From NCBI GenBank assembly GCA_000708835.1, contig DF236962.1, positions 248,001 through 312,000 of the forward strand: DNA of 64,000 bases, read 5' to 3'. This document shows, piece after piece, positions 1 through 18,100 of the stretch (positions within the stretch are counted from its first letter, which is position 1; every line of letters starts with the position of its first letter). The notes beneath the pieces are model-generated. The model saw only the letters and a program-made list of their open reading frames with translations, did no database searches and had not been told where the DNA came from. This stretch comes from Klebsormidium nitens (lineage: Eukaryota > Plantae > Klebsormidiophyceae). The position numbers were made by a program, and so were the translations under genes.

Positions 1-299
1 AATGCACACGCCTCCTTAGAACGTACCTACAACCGACTCCAACCCGTAAGCGACACGGAAATCATCGACTCTTCCGTCTTGCCAACATGTTTTTCGTTGT
101 GTGGAAATCGAAGACAGGTTCAACAAGAGCGGTGAAAACTTCTATGTCGACTTGAAATTGAACATTCAGAAATAATTCCTGGGACGCGGTCTTTGGTCCC
201 TTCGACTTGCATCCTCCATCAAAGGTTCCGGTCACGCCTCTCCAATCATCACTCGTGTAACATTCAAGCCCACTTCTTCTTCGCGAAATTTTTTTCGTC

Positions 300-770
300 C
301 CGTCGCTGACGTCAGCAACATCTTTACCGGGGTTACTATCGGCAGCCTGCCTAAGACGGCTCCTTCTCCCCGAGCCTTTTCATGCGCCATAATGAATGCC
401 GGATCTCTGACTTCGTTCCTTTCCTGACGTAGCAACGTAATCACGGAAGCTATCGCCCAGGACGGCTCCTCCCGGGGCCTTTTCGCCTTTTCACGTTGCC
501 ATCTCCTTTTTCCTGATTTTGTCCTTCTCTGCCGTCAGCAATGTCATCACTGGGGCATTCGTCGCCGGCCTGCCGAGACGGCTCCTTCCCCCGGAGCCTT
601 TTCGGTTTTCCACGTTGCCAACTCGGAACCCTGACTTCGTTTCTGACATCAGCAACGTCATCAACTGGGCTATCTCGGCGGCCCCGCCCAGAACGGCTCC
701 TTCTCTTCGTCCTCTTCGAGAAGCGATTATCCCTTTTCCACGCTTCTGCAAGTCTAAATAGTCTCTTTCT
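300..770 (+). repeat. Four degenerate tandem copies (~115-bp period) of the GH9 intron-end/exon-start junction
   Basis: Copies of ctgacgtcag|caacgtcatcaccggggccatcgtcggcggccccgcccaggacggctccttc at ~306, ~424, ~530 and ~643. Each keeps an AG before the caac/caat start but carries substitutions or indels. Confidence 0.9.
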
Positions 771-778
771 GACGTCAG

Positions 779-1868
779 CAACGTCATCACCGGGGCCATC
801 GTCGGCGGCCCCGCCCAGGACGGCTCCTTCTCCCTCGACCGCGGCAACTTCAACAAGACCGAGCCCACCATCTACATCAACCCGGGCTTCTACGGCGCGG
901 CCGCGCGCCTCGTGCGCGGCACCGCGGCCGCGCTCGCGCCCGCCTGCGCGTCATCCGCGGCCGCCACACTGACAGCCGCGCCCCCCTCTCCCCCTGCCCC
1001 GACCACCCCGGCACCAAGCGACGCTCCGCCCACACTGATTCCGGTGCCAGTCGCCGTTGCTTCAGCGCCCGGAACCCCTCCCCCGAGCGCTTTTACACCG
1101 ACCGGTGCTCCTCCAGACCCGCTGACCGTTGCTCCAGCCCCTAGTCCTGCTTCTCTGACCGCTACGTCTCCCGCCCCAAGTATCGCGCTCCCGACGGTTA
1201 CTTCCGGCCCCAGTACTGCTCCCCCGACCACTACTCCTGTCCCCAGTACTGCTTCTCCGACCGTTCCTCCTGTCCCCACCACTGCTCCCCCAACCGCTGC
1301 TCCAGTCCTCAGCACTTTTCCCCCGGCCCCTGCTCCCGCTCCAAGTACCGCTCTCCTAACCGCTCAGGCGCCCGTGACGGATCCCGCGAGTCCTGCTATG
1401 ACACCCATAACCCCTCCCCCGACCCCCGCTCCAACGTCGAGTATCCCCGCCCCATTCTCCACTCCAGCGCCCCCGGCCACTGCTCCAGCGCCCGGTTCTC
1501 CTCCTCCGACCACTGCCTCAGCCGTTCCGACCCCTTCTCCCGCGCCCGGTTCTTCTTTCCCGACCACCGCTCCCAGTTCAGGCCCCGCCAGCCTCACCTT
1601 CTCAACGACAGTCGATTCCTCCTGGGCCCAAGGCGGGCAGACCTTCTTCCAGTACCGGGTTACCATCACGAACGTCAGCAAGGGGACGGCTCGTGACGTC
1701 GTGCTGACGTGCGCCGGGTTCAGCCCGGTGGACTACTGGAACCTCGTCCCCCTCGGGAACGGGCAGTGCGCATTGCCGGCGTGGCACGCTCCCCTGGCCC
1801 CGGGGGAAAGTTACATGTTCTTCTACGTCCAGACCGGCGACCCAGCGCAGTTCTCAGTGGCCCCTTGA
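779..1868 (+). CDS. GH9C: Last exon of a secreted GH9 endo-1,4-beta-glucanase with a Pro/Thr/Ala-rich linker and C-terminal CBM49 (class C-like). Upstream exons lie before the window.
   Basis: Acceptor ctgacgtcag|c at 778/779. The exon reads (P)NVITGAIVGGPAQDGSFSLDRGNFNKTEPTIYINPGF, the GH9 C-terminal motif with the catalytic Glu. It is in frame with ORF 912..1868, which gives a ~217-aa linker and then FSTTVDSSWAQGGQTFFQYRVTITNVS...DYWNL...LPAWHAPLAPGESYMFFY (CBM49 pattern). Confidence 0.9.
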
Positions 1869-3875
1869 AGGATCTCCATTCTGGTTTGCTTCTGCTTAGA
1901 TTTGCAGGATCATAAGAAGTGCGTTCGCATGTATTGATCAGGTTGATGACTTTTGATACATAATCTCTTGAGGCGGACTGCTGCGGGGCGCTCGCTTTCA
2001 GGAGCCTGAGTTGCCTTTCAACGAATTCACAGCTTGTGCTTAAGCTTTCGGCGCATGTGGACGGAGGAACGAAAGTCGAACAAGGAGAGCCGTCAAAAAA
2101 ACCTACTAGTTAAACAGACAATCTTGGGGTTGGCGTAGCTTTTCAAGAGACGCCCGGTGAGGCCATGTTTTGCCCACGTCACAGGGGGGATCAATGGCCG
2201 AGAATGTCTCTGATAGTTACCGCATGTGAAGTACGCTCATTCAAGTTGATTACACAAAAATAGACCTTAGTTTCTGTGGAGCGTCAGATCATTTACTCAT
2301 TTATCAGTAGCCATCTCGAAAACGTTCTGTGATTGTATCCGACAATTTTGGTTGCACGATGATGGTGTGGCTGAGTTGCTCATATTTAGCAACGTGCACC
2401 GTTCGCGCACGACAAAGACGTACTTGGATGTATATCATTGCAGATGATAAGAAGTCGTCACGATTGTTCTATGCTTAGGTGGACGAGAAGGATCTGGCAG
2501 ATCCTTCACGTGCAACCGAGATGACCAGATGATATTGCAGGACGCCAGGCGGCTGATCTGTTGTAAGGTAGACGGTGGGCTGGCTGCAACTCTCCAAAAA
2601 TTCGAAAGTTGATTCGAATCTCAGGATCCAAATACAAGTAACAGCCTGACAGCTAGGTTCCTTATTACCGACTACGAACCTGGTGCACCATCCAGAGTCT
2701 CGATCGAGGATGTGTAAGAGCAACATACCAGATCTGAACGTTGTCAACTTAATGGAAGGAAGCGGGCCCTTCGGTCGACGTTGTGTCCGACACGTGCACG
2801 TCATGCATACTCTGCTGGCAATGATGTCAAATGCTTCGTGCATTGTTGTCTGTCTTTATCATGTTCGTTCCAAATACTGGGCCGATGGAATTGAGGGTAC
2901 GCTTGATATGGGCGACACAACCGCAAAAGGATGACACGGATTTGCAACCGCGATCGAGGCAATCTCATTTGCCAGCTCATCGAACACCTCTGGAATAATT
3001 GGAGAATTGAACGATAAGCTTTTTAATTATGTGTAGCCAGGTATAAGACAAGTCCAACTAAACCATGACGATGCAATCTGTGCCAGAACATGTTTACGAT
3101 TTGACATGCAAAAGCAGCGGGTCAAACATCCAATAATTATTTTAGTGATGAACAAACTGGCGGCCGCAGCAATGCTGATTGCGATTGAATTGAGTGGAGT
3201 GAGAAGTGGAGAAAGTGATTCCCGGCGTACCCGTTTTATTGCGATGTCCAAAATATATTCAGACCAGCTTCAAAATGGTCGATGTCCAATCTGTTCAACG
3301 TGGTCTATTTCTCAATGCCGTGAGCGGCCGACGTGCAGAGGTCAGAAGCACCTGACTCTCGACGTTTGGCTCTTTTCTCGGGCTTATAAATTCCTACCTT
3401 GCTAGCTTCCTGTCTGAGGTCACTCCTGCTTTCGAAAGTCTCGTCGGCAGTGGCAGTCCTGTTAAAAATTACCTGGGGCCGTCCTTACATGAGCTGTGTA
3501 AGCTATTGTTGTTGACTGATGAGGGCACCAATCTTTGACTAGCACTGCGCTAACCTTCTGGCCGGCTAGATGCTGAAAGAATGCAGCTGTAGAGAAGAGG
3601 AATATACTGTACCAAGTTTCGACCCGTACCAACAACCTATGGTTATACTGTCATATAAGCTATACCTGTGTTGTTGCCCGCGGTGGGGCAACTGCGACAA
3701 TGAATGGACCGTCGTAACCTAGACACCCGCGATCACAGAATGAGTGATCTTAACCAACTCCGTTTCCTTAACCGAACCCACAAGCCTCCTCCATAACCGA
3801 ACCAAACGACGGCTCGCTCAAGCTGAGCAAGCCCGCCGAAGCGAACCCAAAACACCCCCCCGAAGCGGGGAGCTT

Positions 3876-9687
<5,812 letters not shown>

Positions 9688-11699
9688 GTCTGCAGTTCGA
9701 TTGCACAAGACTTGCTAGAAATGCTGATGTACAAAGTGCAGATTGCGAGCTTATGAAAGCAGCAAGTAGGAGCTCAAAGAGAAGCGCTTGTATAAAGCTG
9801 ATTTGCTAGGTCGACTAGGTATCGACCGGGGAAGAGGCGTTGATCGCTGACTGTGCAGAGCGGAATTCAGAGCTAATAGTTCTTCCCTTGCTTGCCTTTC
9901 TGCTGCGCCCGTGTCTTCAAGTTTTGAAAGTTTGAATTCACCTGTTGCTTTATGAGCTTCCAAATCTCAACGTGGCTTCCAATGCTGCAATGCTGGAATC
10001 CTGGAAGCTTAGCAAAGCCTTGCAGGCGAAGACTCTTTGAAGCTGCTGGAAACTCCCCCCCTGTGACCAGCTGTTGTGACGAAGGCGGCTGATTGTCAAA
10101 ATGACGGTCACTACCAAGTGAGGACACGTTTGAACAATGTTGCGCGTCTTGCTTTGTCGGCGCTGCTGTCTTCGAAGTCAAAAGGGGGCCATGCACGAGA
10201 AGTGAGGCAATGCTGATTTAGGGTTGCAAGCAGCCAATCAAAACCCAAATGCTGCCACGAACAGGTCGTCCTTCTTCAAACCAGCAGCAATCACCTTGCG
10301 GCAGCCTAGCGTTCTCTCAGCTCCTGAAAAAGTTTGCTCTCCTTGTGCAATGCCAGGCGCGGGGCAGCCATGGCGGCGCGCATCTCTGCTGCGCCCATTG
10401 CTGTTTTCAGCAGCTAGCTTGAGCGGGCCCGCTGCTAGATTGCTGACGAGATGGTCGCCAGGAAAGATTGTGGCGCGGCTCCAGTCTTCGACGGTTGCTG
10501 GATTCTCATTGGCGACGCCGCTGCCAAACCCCTCACAGGCTTACATGTGTCGGCATCTGCGAGTTGCAATCCCCGCGGATATTCGCAGCCGTTGATATTT
10601 TGTGCCTTTGCTGCACGTGCTCTTGATGCGGCCGTTGCCGAGCCAGATGATGTCAGCATCGGCTGACCACGTGATAGTACGTGCATCAGCGGAGCTGTGC
10701 CCCAGTCAATCGACGGCCACGATTCTTTTGCAATGACTTCAACATGTGCCGTTGATCATACATCGTAAATCGGGCGGCTGGCGTCTGATTGTCCCGGTCA
10801 CGTGGTTTCAAGGAAAGAATAATTACTGAACTTCTCAGCACACGTTGTCCATAGAATCGGTCCATATTCTACATAAATGCGCGTTTATCGTCGAAACGCC
10901 GGTTTGGATGCCGCGCGTGCGGGCTATTTTGCATTTTAGCGACAGAATTTAGTGACGGATCGTACCTCACGTCAATTCCGTCAAACAGAATCTACGGCCA
11001 TTTTCAGACGCCGTCGAAAATGACTCCTCGGGGAACTTCATTAGAGCGACTGTCTCGGTGTGTTCTACACGCAGAAAGTCGCTGCATTTCAAGACCCGGG
11101 GGAAGAAGACAAAAGTAGATTTGATATCTTGGAATTTTTCAGTTACGTACTCGGGTTTAGTAACGATCGGTGTACCGGGTGATCGCTGTTGACGTGTGTT
11201 GACCTAGTCGTCAATCCCGGTTGATTCCGACTATCACGCTGGCCGGTCATTCCGACTCATGCAAAATTCAGTAAACTCATATTCAACAATCACTCCGGCT
11301 TCTCTTTCCCGGTAGTTAGCCTCGGTACTTCGTTCCACGCTTCTGGCAACCTTGGTGCCCGGCGATCTGTGGCGAAGTTCAGTGTCACCTCGTAGATTAG
11401 TTACCTGCGTCATGGCATGTTGATTTTAGGGCGCGCGGCGCGCGCACGAGCTAGTAGTGCGCTTTGGTTGGCTTTGCTCTGCTTTTGCTAATTTGCTATT
11501 AGTTTGCTTTGTCAATGTTGGCGCCAGCTTCAGAATCACAGCTTTGAAATCATTGCGCAAGGTTGTTGAAACTGTTCATGCAGCCGTTTTGCAAGTCTCT
11601 ACTGATTCTGTAGCTCGTCAAACTATTTTCTGCTCAAATTTGCTCTGGTGTTTGAGAAGGGACACCACTTCAAGGACGTATTGAAGTGGTGTAGTCGGA

Positions 11700-13990
11700 A
11701 TGGCGGACTTGGAGACGACCGCAGGAAAGCCCAAGGACACTGATGTAGGATTGCCCAAGGGTAAGTCTCTAGCTATCCATCAATCAAAAGGTGCACATGA
11801 GGAGTCTGTGGAAAGTTGTTTTTGGATAAAGTACAGCGTAAAATTGGCTTTACCACCTTAGACGTGGTACATTCGGGCGCCTGCAGCATTGCTACAAAGT
11901 TTTTCATCGAGCAAAAGAGGAAAGTTCTTTATCTACCAGCTTACCCTCATGGTGGTCAAAAGTAGACACCGGCAAGCAGGACATCTTCCCCAAAGCAACA
12001 GCGTAATAGTGGGGTTTAAGAAATAGACCAAACTTCTTTCTGGCTGTACCTCGTGCAGCTACTGTCCACAAAGTCGTGCGCGAGATGTTTCCGCCCGATG
12101 CACGGCTGTCGAACGAAGTCAAGGATCTTCTTGCAGATTGCTGCACAGGTAAAGCCGCTTGCTATCTGGCCGTCAAGAGTACCTAGTACAGGCGTGGTCC
12201 CTCGTTTCTTTCCAGGGTTTCATGTTAGGCATCTCCTATTCGTGCAGAGTCTGGGCATGTTGCCCTTCATTTGTCAGAATGTTCGTTTGCAATTGTGGAT
12301 GCCAACCACAATCTGCCTACTCTGTAAGCTGGCACTAGCAGGAAAGAAAAGTTGCCTCTTGAGCTTTGCCACGTCATCGGACTCAGGTGCAGGAAAGGAA
12401 AGAGGGCTTGTCTCTGGCTGTCGTGGCCAGAAACACCGAATCGAGACTCCACTAAAGCCATGACGTCTCCACCATGGGTCCTGCATAGGTCCTGTCAATA
12501 CTCTTTCGGGAGGCGATAGCTGACATTCGGACCCGTCTTGTTGTGAGGTCAAGTCTATGCACTAGGCCATCTTCTCTGACCGTCGCTGACCATCCTTGTG
12601 CAGAATTCATCACTTTGGTCTCGTCGGAAGCTAACGAACTTTGCGACAAGGAGAAGAGGTCCACTCTCATGCCAGAGCACGTGCTGGCTGCCTTGGAGGT
12701 GAGCTTGTCTCCTGTCAAGTTGTCGCAAGCTTCACTGCTGTAAACCAAACGTTTCTTTGGTTTTGAGATGCCTTTTGTTGAGTTCTTTTTCGTACGTCCG
12801 TCACCCAGGCCGAATCCTTAACCAAGTTTTTTGAGAAGGGCTTTTCTGTGGCCTTCTCGACTTGACTCCCATCCTGTCTTTGCTTTGGGCCTTGCCAATT
12901 GTGGGACTCAGAAGCCGACTTGTTACTGCTTATGGAGGCTTTTCGAGGCTGGCCATCGGATAAAGAAACGACCCCATAGTCCCCGTCGAAAAAGTCTTGT
13001 GCACTTGCTGAAGAACGTTTATCCAGACACATGCCCAAGGTTTGCAGATGCCACTTTTGTGGCCCTTGTCAAAGTTGAAAGCGGAGGCAATAGAATGATT
13101 GACCTCCTCATCTGTTTTCTGTTCCAGAACCTCGGTTTTGCGAACTTGCTGGACGAAGTCAAGGAGACGTGGCGGCAGCACAAAGCCGCAATGCTGGTGA
13201 GTTGTCAGTCTCTAGAACACATTGTCCGGAACTGCTGTCCCAACCCGTTCCTGCGGCCACGTGAAAAGAGCTTCAATCTGTACCTTCACACAAGGTATCC
13301 TTGGGGGTGGGTACAGAGTAGGAGGTTGGGTTCGACCGTTTGCGCCGGATCCAATCTGTGGTGTGTTAAAGTGACTAAAGGTCTCTTATTGGCCTTAGAA
13401 GTTGGAATGCAAGTCGAGATGCATCAGCCGCTGTAAGTTCCTCTTTACAATTTCTGCCTATTGCTCTGTGAGTCCACATCTAATCTTCGCCGCCTCCGTC
13501 TGCCATTTGTTTCTGGGTATGAACATTACATGCTGGACAGGGAGCAGGCGGCGAATGAACAAGATTGGCATCGGACAGCGAAACCTCGGCCCTGTAACAG
13601 CCCTTCAAGCCTCAATAAACGTCTAGCTGTTTATATTCGTCACCATATCCAGCTCCTCTTCGACTCTCCTGCAGTCGCTGGCGAATCCAAGTGTTCGAAT
13701 GTTTCCTTTTCCGGATACATTCGAGGACCTGCCTTTGCAACCAAGTCTGATCTTGCTCACTCGTTGACAGGCCGACCACCCATGCGAGCAACCAATCGGC
13801 CTCCACTACTCACGCACCCTTGATGCGCCTACTTTGCTTTTCCCTTCAGGAGTCTCCAAAGCCGATGGACAAGTGGTCCAAGCAAGGGCCCAAAATGTCG
13901 GACGAAGAGGCCATCGCCGCCCAGCAGAAAATGTTTGCTGAGGCGCGTGCGCGGATGCAGACCAAGAGCCCGCTGGGAGAGTCGTTGTGA
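11700..13990 (+). CDS. DR1: Dr1 / NC2-beta (TBP-associated negative cofactor 2 beta, histone fold), 5 exons, 151 aa
   Basis: Exons 11700-11760, 12059-12148, 12604-12698, 13128-13196 and 13850-13990 (456 nt). Translation includes DVGLPKATVHKVVREMFPPDARLSNEVKDLLADCCTEFITLVSSEANELCDKEKRSTLMPEHVLAALENLGF...MSDEEAIAAQQKMFAEARARM. Confidence 0.95.
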
Positions 13991-15193
13991 CGCGCGTCGG
14001 GTGGTGCCGAACGCATATGGCGCTTGCGTTGAGCTCGCAGCCGGTTGCGAGTTCACGTGATGATCGCGGGATGGGGCCACGAATGCTGTGAACATCGGTC
14101 GCATATTGGCAGGCACAATCGGTTGTATGTCGGCCCTTGAATTTTGGAGAAGCAAAGATGGGGAACGGAATGGTATCGACGATAAAAATTTGGAAGGAGC
14201 CGAAACAGCAGTTGGTCCAATGGAGCCCGGCGGTTCAAGTACAACCTTTTTACAATAGCAAGCAACTCTTCGTCGAAAGCAAGCATCGGGGCTTGCCCAA
14301 TAGTACTTCAACGGTCAAAAGAACATCGAAATCCGAGGTGACAATCATTGACAAAATAACCAGCCTCTCACTCGTCGGTAGCCGAAAGGAGCTCAAGGAC
14401 GTTGTGACAGGAGATCTTCACCGGGCCCTCTTCCGATTAGCAAGCGTGCTACGCGAAGAGAGCTCTGGATCGTGAGTCGTATTGAAGAAACGAGTTTGTG
14501 TACTTTAGCAGACAGCAGGGAAAACCTTCTGCCAATACAGTATAGTGACATAGACAATCCTAAACCTTTACTCGAAGCCTGTGCGTGCATGATTTCAAAT
14601 TCCATGGGTGTGGACCGTATCGTGATATAATGTGTAACATGGCACGCGCTGACAACTGTGCATGGCATGCAGGAAAGCTGTGCATGTGCTAAGTTGGTAC
14701 CAAGGTCGCACAAGTGCACAACTCCAAGGTTGGAGGCTTGACGTTTTCAAGCTACGGTACTTGCATGGTCATTTGAACTAGATCACTCGGCATCGACAGT
14801 GCCAGGATCATGACGAATGGGCCGGCTGCATGAATAAATAGGTATTTTCCGAATAAGCCCGATTTAATAAGTCCACGAACGGGCGGCGTAGAAATCCAGG
14901 CATAAGAGGCCTGGGGCATGTTGCTTCTGTCGACGCGCAATTTAAGTGACGGTATACGGATCTTAAGTCAGGGTATAACAATGCACACGTGCATTCTTTT
15001 CGGTTTGCTCTGTTACGTCTATCATTCAAAAAGCATCAATCGGATCCCAATTGCAGATTGAATGCATTTGACGATTCTATGCGTGCATGATCATTCGCCG
15101 TGCAAAGATCTTTGGTAATGTTCCCATCATATAACCAAAATCCACAACTTATCTTCTTGTCAACCAAGAAGTCATGTACATTTTGTTACTTGC

Positions 15194-18100
15194 TTATCCC
15201 GGAGTCAACATTGGCAGTCCATAGAGCACCATGTTTGCGGATAGCGACCGCAGCTCAGTCGCATCAACTTTCGAAGACGCCTCTCTTAGGGCTTGCCCCA
15301 CATTCACCCCTGGCTGACTCGTCAGGCTTTGCAGGAGACCACTTACGAGGGTCTGGTTGGCGTCTATCGTGCTCACCGCCTGCAAAGCAAGAAGATTCGC
15401 ATCGTGAACAAGCTGGAAGGCAGAAACGTGTCACCTGATATCTTTCTGTACAGCGAGTTAGCTTTGTAAAAATGTTTCGTAGGTGTGAGTCGGAGCAATA
15501 TGCAAGCCAAAGGGAAAGAGAAGAACTCGAAGTTCTCCCTTGGAACACTGTCTGATAGACTGATTGGCCTAGATTACGACGGCGGCAAGAATTAGACATG
15601 ACACAAGGTGATTGCTAACATAACTGAGATTATAACATTGATCAGAACTCTCCTCACAGAGTCGAAGCGCCATCCTAAAATGAATTGCTGCCGTACGGAG
15701 CGGGAATGGAACGACGTCAGCAAGCAGGGCGCTCCGCTCACCTGGTTGACGGCGATGCTGCTGACGCCGCACAACGTCAGCAGGGCCGCGGTGCTGGCCG
15801 GCCGCTCGAGCTCGCGCGCTTCGTGGCTCTTGCGGTTGTCCAAGAAAGCCTGCAGAAACGGAACCGAAACGGACTTTCGAGTTTTGCATTGAAAAAGTGA
15901 GAAAGCTCGTCTGCGGTCCTCCGAGATACTGAGACATCTTTTGATGGATCCTGGAAACAACAGGATGCTTAATGGCGGACGGACGCCGAAAAGCGAATGC
16001 TGACCGCACGGGCAAGGGGAAAACTCTCTCTTCGAGGGACCACGTGGGGTCCGGACGCCGTATTGCTCAAATTGACGCATGCTATACTCAACAGACTCTG
16101 AATCCGATCTGATCGTTAGATAGAAAACCCCGCAAGCCCCGTGCCATTCTGTCAGAGTCTTACGCAAAATAAACCCTGCCGCTTGGACAGATACAAGGAA
16201 ATCACTGACTCTCCTCAGTAGTACAGTACGCGCAAGCAGGTCTGTTTGGTTCCTGTTGGTTGAATGTAGAAGGTAGCGGGACGGAATCGCGCCTCGCAAG
16301 CCCAAACCACCGAAGAAGAATCAGGCAGTCACCCCTACCACGAGATTGAATGAGTGGGAAAAGGAGTTACCATAACCACTCCCCTGTTTTCTGAGATATT
16401 CAAAGTTCGACAAACGAATTGAAAGTCGCATCGGATCGCTCACCTGCCGCCGCAGGCTCTCATCGCTGACGCTCATTGCAGCCAGGACGGCCAGCTGGCA
16501 CGTGCCCAGATCGAGCGCCGCGAGCGCGGCCGCGCTGACGTAAGCGAGGAACCTCCCCACGCCCACGAAAATCATGCCGCTGCTAGTTGCCACGAGCCGT
16601 TGGATCTCGCCGTCGCTCGGCACGTGCTCCGCTCCCGTGAGGCCACGCCACTCCTTCGCATTGAAGTTCCCGGCCAATGCTTGGCTGATCTCAGAGAAGG
16701 CCTCGGCCAAAGGGGGCGTGACACGTGTCGGCAGGCGCGCGGCGCGCGGCTTGTCCTCGTTCTGAGGATCGACCACGTAGCACATGCGCCGGAGGTCTAG
16801 GGGCAGGGTGTGGGAGGGTTTGGACGCGGCCGCGCGCGCGACCCGGTGCGCGAAGACCGCCAGCGAGAAGTCCCTCGAAACGGAGAGGACTTGAGGCGGT
16901 TGGAACTCTGGTAAGCATTCGAAGGGTAGCGCCGCTATCGCCCCGTCAAGAAACAGTACCAGCTGTCGAGGCGCGAGTGGGGCTGCGGAAGCCGCGTTCT
17001 GAATCGGCCCTTCCGGAGGGCTAGGTTTGTCTGACTGGCGTGACTCGCTTCTGTCCCCTTGAGGCGAACTCTCAGTCGCGCGGCCGGTGGCCGCGTCAAA
17101 TGCCGCTTTCAACGGCTGGAAGAATTCGCGCATCCGGTCGATCAGAGCCGTCCACCGCTCCTCGAGGTCCGCATCCAACGGCGTCCGTTGCAGCCGCGAC
17201 GCGGGCCGGCTGGGCGGCTTTGAAGCCCGCCCAGCGCGCGAGTCCGCGCGCGGGCCTTTCTCGGGCGCGCCGGCTTTCTCCGCCCCTTTCGCGACCTTCG
17301 ACAGCCCGGAGGCTTCTCCCGGGGGCGGTGTCTCCTTCCCCTTTGGCTTGCCGACGTTCGCGGTCCCTGGAGCGAGCTTCCCAACGCTCACTGCGCTGAC
17401 GTCACCATCGGCACGGTTTTCAACGGGCGCCACGTGCGCGCGCGCCACGGCGCGCTTCGCCTGGTTGCGCCAAACCTCGAAACCCTTTACGAGGTCGAAG
17501 AGCGGGCGCCCGCCGTCTTCCAGATCTAACCTGATCACTTCGATTCTGCGCTCCTTCGTCTTGGGCTCCGCTCCCTCTTCGCCGCTCTTCTCACTTTGCG
17601 GTGTCTCTTTCTGGGGGACTCCGCCCTTCCCTTTGCTCGTCCTGCGTTTAGAACCCGGTCCTCCCTTGTCCTTCACCCCGGCAGCTTCGTCCGCTTTCCC
17701 CTTTTCCCCCACCTGCCCGGTAGGAAACTCCGAGGGTACCGGCCCGATAGAAACGGCATAGAGCGCCCCCCGCTTCTCATCCAAATGCAGAATCAGTCCC
17801 GCCGCGTCGCTCGGCAGCCTCGCAATCGCCTCCCCAAAGGACTGATTCTTCACCCCCTCCAAAACCCCCCACGCGCAGGGCGACGCCGCGCGGACCGCGG
17901 CTTCCGCTGACGTCACGTCCAGGTCATCCGCTGGGTTTTGAAGCACCCGGAAGTCCGCGAAAGGGGGTTCCGGCCAACCGCTGAAACGTCCTTCCCGGCT
18001 CTTCACACTGGCGAGTTTTCGAAGCGCGACGATCTGCGCGTCGTCCCTCGCGCACGCGGTTTCGAGCGCGTCTTTCAGAAACGCGCGCGCCTTGCAGCCC

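Noticed and set aside
300-840. Regularly spaced repeats that superficially resemble a CRISPR array (also 39788-40400)
   Set aside because: The units are degenerate copies of adjacent exon borders in a eukaryotic gene. There are no identical direct repeats with unique spacers and no cas genes.
3030-3056. gccaggtataag motif (and gggtataac at ~14970) resembling the MITE TIR
   Set aside because: Only 9-12 bp match and I found no partner inverted repeat.
3510-3580. TGATGA...CTGA pair suggestive of a C/D snoRNA
   Set aside because: The C box is imperfect, there is no terminal stem, and I could not identify an rRNA guide. It is compatible with chance.
10700-11460. Locally self-complementary intergenic sequence between GH9#2 and DR1 as a possible structured RNA
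   Set aside because: No tRNA, snRNA or SRP signatures recognisable by eye. A covariance-model search (Infernal/Rfam) would be needed.
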